Positions 63,479-64,000 of a stretch of DNA of 64,000 nt are shown one piece after another; positions within the stretch are counted from its first letter, which is position 1, and every line of letters starts with the position of its first letter. The notes beneath the pieces were generated by a model, which had not been told where the DNA came from, made no database searches, and worked only from the letters and a program-made list of their open reading frames with translations. The stretch covers positions 434,001 through 498,000 of the forward strand of contig NIVC01000592.1 in NCBI GenBank assembly GCA_002269645.1, in the 5' to 3' direction. The position numbers and the translations under genes are program-made. Source of the DNA: Macrostomum lignano. Lineage: Eukaryota.

Positions 63479-63880
63479 ATGCTCTGCGAGCACCCAGTGG
63501 TTCTGTACACCCCCATGGCGATTCTGGTTGGCGCCTTTATAGCCTCGGGCCTGTACTACATGCTCACCAACCAGGGCCATCGCTTCGACATTGGCGCCGT
63601 CATTGAGGGCATCTCGCCCTACCTGTGGGCCAACCTGGGCGTCGGCCTCAGCATCTCCTTGTCCGTGGTGGGCGCGGCCAGCGGCATCTACACCACCGGG
63701 GCCAGCATCCTGGGCGGCGGGGTCAAGGCGCCTCGGATTCGAACTAAAAACCTCATCAGCATTATTTTCTGCGAGGCTGTGGCCATCTATGGCATCATCA
63801 TGGCCATTGTGATCTCCCAGATGATCGAGCCGTTCAATGAGATGGCCGCCACCGAGCGAATCCGGAGGGCCAACTATCAG
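63479..63880 (+). CDS. ATP6V0B: V-type ATPase 21 kDa proteolipid subunit c'' (5' coding exon; gene continues beyond window)
   Basis: [62 protein letters not shown]; donor GTGAGG at 63881. Confidence 0.95.
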
Positions 63881-63908
63881 GTGAGGGGTCTGGTTAAGGG
63901 TACGGTCT

Positions 63909-64000
63909 CCTTTGATCTTGGAATCCACTGCGGCATCCTTTGATCTTTGAAGCCGCTGCGGCATCCTTTGATCTTTGAAGCCACTGCGGCATCCTTTGAT
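63909..64000. repeat. 28-bp tandem repeat in ATP6V0B intron (runs off window)
   Basis: Unit cctttgatctttgaagccactgcggcat, more than 3 copies. Confidence 0.9.

Overview
Repeat-rich eukaryotic DNA with spliceosomal GT-AG introns and GC-rich exons. It is probably an invertebrate; the style resembles a free-living flatworm such as Macrostomum, which is inference only. Genes read by hand: a 13-exon divergent ionotropic glutamate receptor-family subunit (1.3-7.8 kb), two tandem Sulfotransfer_4/SULT-OR-like sulfotransferases with C-terminal hydrophobic tails, a 5-exon claudin/PMP22-like gene, three group III secreted PLA2 genes (one intact, two degenerate), an orphan beta-propeller-like gene, an intronless protein with two SelW/Rdx-like domains lacking the redox motif, and a 5' exon of V-ATPase subunit c'' (ATP6V0B). 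Mobile elements: a degenerate DIRS/Ngaro element, an IS630/Tc1-type transposon with long TIRs, a tRNA-derived SINE, a solo LTR with nested inserts, and a young RT/IN-less Gypsy element with an extra ORF and a satellite-filled Helitron inside one LTR. Many micro- and minisatellites are present. The strongest leads are a ~4.7 kb domain with a RIP-like C>T signature including CpA>TpA, the double Rdx protein with CxxD in place of CxxU, and the rearranged Gypsy element. Coordinates and mismatch counts were read by eye and may be off by a few bases. Single-base frameshifts could be assembly errors.
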